From NCBI GenBank assembly GCA_008015855.1, contig SSGK01000012.1, positions 1 through 34,952 of the forward strand: DNA of 34,952 bases, in the 5' to 3' direction. Position numbers and translations under genes: made by a program. This document shows, piece after piece, positions 34,196 to 34,952 of the stretch (its first letter is position 1; each line of letters starts with the position of its first letter). This DNA is from Candidatus Altimarinota bacterium. GTDB lineage: Bacteria > Patescibacteriota > Gracilibacteria > BD1-5 > UBA2023. The notes under the pieces are model-generated. The model had not been told where the DNA came from, did not search any database, and saw only the letters and a list, made by a program, of their open reading frames with translations.

Positions 34196-34224
34196 AAAAA
34201 ATCCCCAGTAAATGGGGATTTTTT
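34196..34224. terminator. Bidirectional terminator between the exonuclease gene (+) and rplL (-).
   Basis: aaaaaatcccca (34196-34207), loop gtaaa, tggggatttttt (34213-34224). The arms are perfect, with an A-run and a T-run on either side. Confidence 0.75.
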
Positions 34225-34243
34225 TAATTGATACAAAGTAGAA

Positions 34244-34621
34244 TTACTTGAGTTCAATAGAAGCTCCTGATTCTTCAAGTTGCTTCTTAATCTTGTCAGC
34301 TTCATCCTTGTTAACACCCTTCTTGATATCACCACCATTGTCAGCAAGAGCCTTAGCTTCAGCAAGACCAAGTCCAGTGATTTCACGAATTACCTTAATA
34401 ACGGCAATCTTTTGAGCACCAGCAGATGTCATAACAACATCGAAGCTAGTCTTCTCATCATCTCCACCAGCAGCTCCAACAGCAGCAGCAACAGCTACAG
34501 GAGCAGCAGCAGAAACACCAAATTTTTCTTCCATTGCAGAAACAAGATCTGCAAGCTCTACGATAGTAAGTCCTTCAACAAGGTCCATAACCTTTTGAGC
34601 ATTTGAGCTGAGTTCAGCCAT
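34244..34621 (-). CDS. rplL: 50S ribosomal protein L7/L12.
   Basis: The 125-aa ORF is intact even under the standard code. It reads [41 protein letters not shown], an Ala-rich hinge, then [30 protein letters not shown]. Confidence 0.97.
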   Translation of the reverse strand: MAELSSNAQKVMDLVEGLTIVELADLVSAMEEKFGVSAAAPVAVAAAVGAAGGDDEKTSFDVVMTSAGAQKIAVIKVIREITGLGLAEAKALADNGGDIKKGVNKDEADKIKKQLEESGASIELK

Positions 34622-34740
34622 AATTATAAAAAATAGAAAATAAAAACAATTTTAGGGTCTTATTATAAGACACAATCGAGAGGGTTTAACCAGCTCGTAA
34701 TTCTCCATCTCTCAAATGAAATGGAGAACATACAAAATGA

Positions 34741-34952
34741 TTATTCAGCAGATGTTTCTTTCTTGAGATCACCAACCTTTGTAAGAGACTTTCCTTCAAG
34801 TTCTTTCTTTGCACCATCAAGAAAACGTGCAAATCCAGAAAGTGGAGACATCATAGAACCAAGAAGCTTTGCAAGGAGAACCTCACGAGAAGGGAGTCCA
34901 GCAAGTTTTGTTGTTTCTTCTGCATCCATAATACGTCCATCGAGGTAACCTC
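34741..34952 (-). CDS. rplJ: 50S ribosomal protein L10, 3' part (5' end outside the window).
   Basis: The C-terminal L10 sequence is GYLDGRIMDAEETTKLAGLPSREVLLAKLLGSMMSPLSGFARFLDGA. It lies immediately upstream of rplL in the canonical rplJL order. The stop is TAA 34741-34743. Confidence 0.9.
   Translation of the reverse strand, partial: GYLDGRIMDAEETTKLAGLPSREVLLAKLLGSMMSPLSGFARFLDGAKKELEGKSLTKVGDLKKETSAE

Noticed and set aside
33955-34386. 143-aa minus-strand ORF spanning the exonuclease 3' end, the terminator and part of rplL.
   Set aside because: It crosses a strong bidirectional terminator, overlaps two well-supported genes in other frames, and has no motif support.
34622-34740. Small hairpins in the rplJ-rplL spacer (ttctccat..atggagaa at 34701-34728; gtctta..taagac at 34656-34672) as possible regulatory RNA.
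   Set aside because: The stems are short, have no flanking U-tract and match no conserved element I recognise. They are compatible with ordinary spacer structure in the rplJL operon.

Overview
AT-rich bacterial chromosomal window that is only coherent under genetic code 25 (UGA = Gly), which points to a Gracilibacteria / Absconditabacteria (SR1)-type Patescibacteria (CPR) genome. The supplied six-frame track uses the standard code, so it breaks almost every gene at in-frame TGA. Reading TGA as sense gives 17 protein genes and 1 tRNA, tightly packed. In order they are: 3' part of a Cys-loop repeat fibre-like surface protein (1-2085, +); tRNA-Lys(UUU) (2191-2266, -); one uninterrupted 12,669-nt / 4,222-codon ORF for a giant secreted or membrane-associated adhesin-like protein (2403-15071, +); der; a TraB/GumN-like membrane protein; ftsH; mutY (-); a 1,977-aa thioester alpha-2-macroglobulin (20767-26700, +); nrdR; an N-terminally truncated priA-like gene; a SpoU/TrmH methyltransferase (-); a reduced DnaJ-like J-protein (-); uvrC; tsaD; a membrane-anchored DsbA-like oxidoreductase; a DEDDh exonuclease; rplL (-); and the rplJ 3' part (-). 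All 17 stop codons I located are TAA or TAG, never TGA. No CRISPR array, transposase, integrase or rRNA was seen. The most interesting content is the surface-protein block: the giant ORF with a central Cys/Gly/Pro-rich hydrophobic module and an LPxLP tract, the upstream fibre-like protein, and the A2M. Next come several reduced housekeeping genes: a priA lacking helicase lobe 1, a MutY without Fe-S cysteines, and a DnaJ without a zinc finger. All homology statements come from motif recognition by eye, not from database searches.
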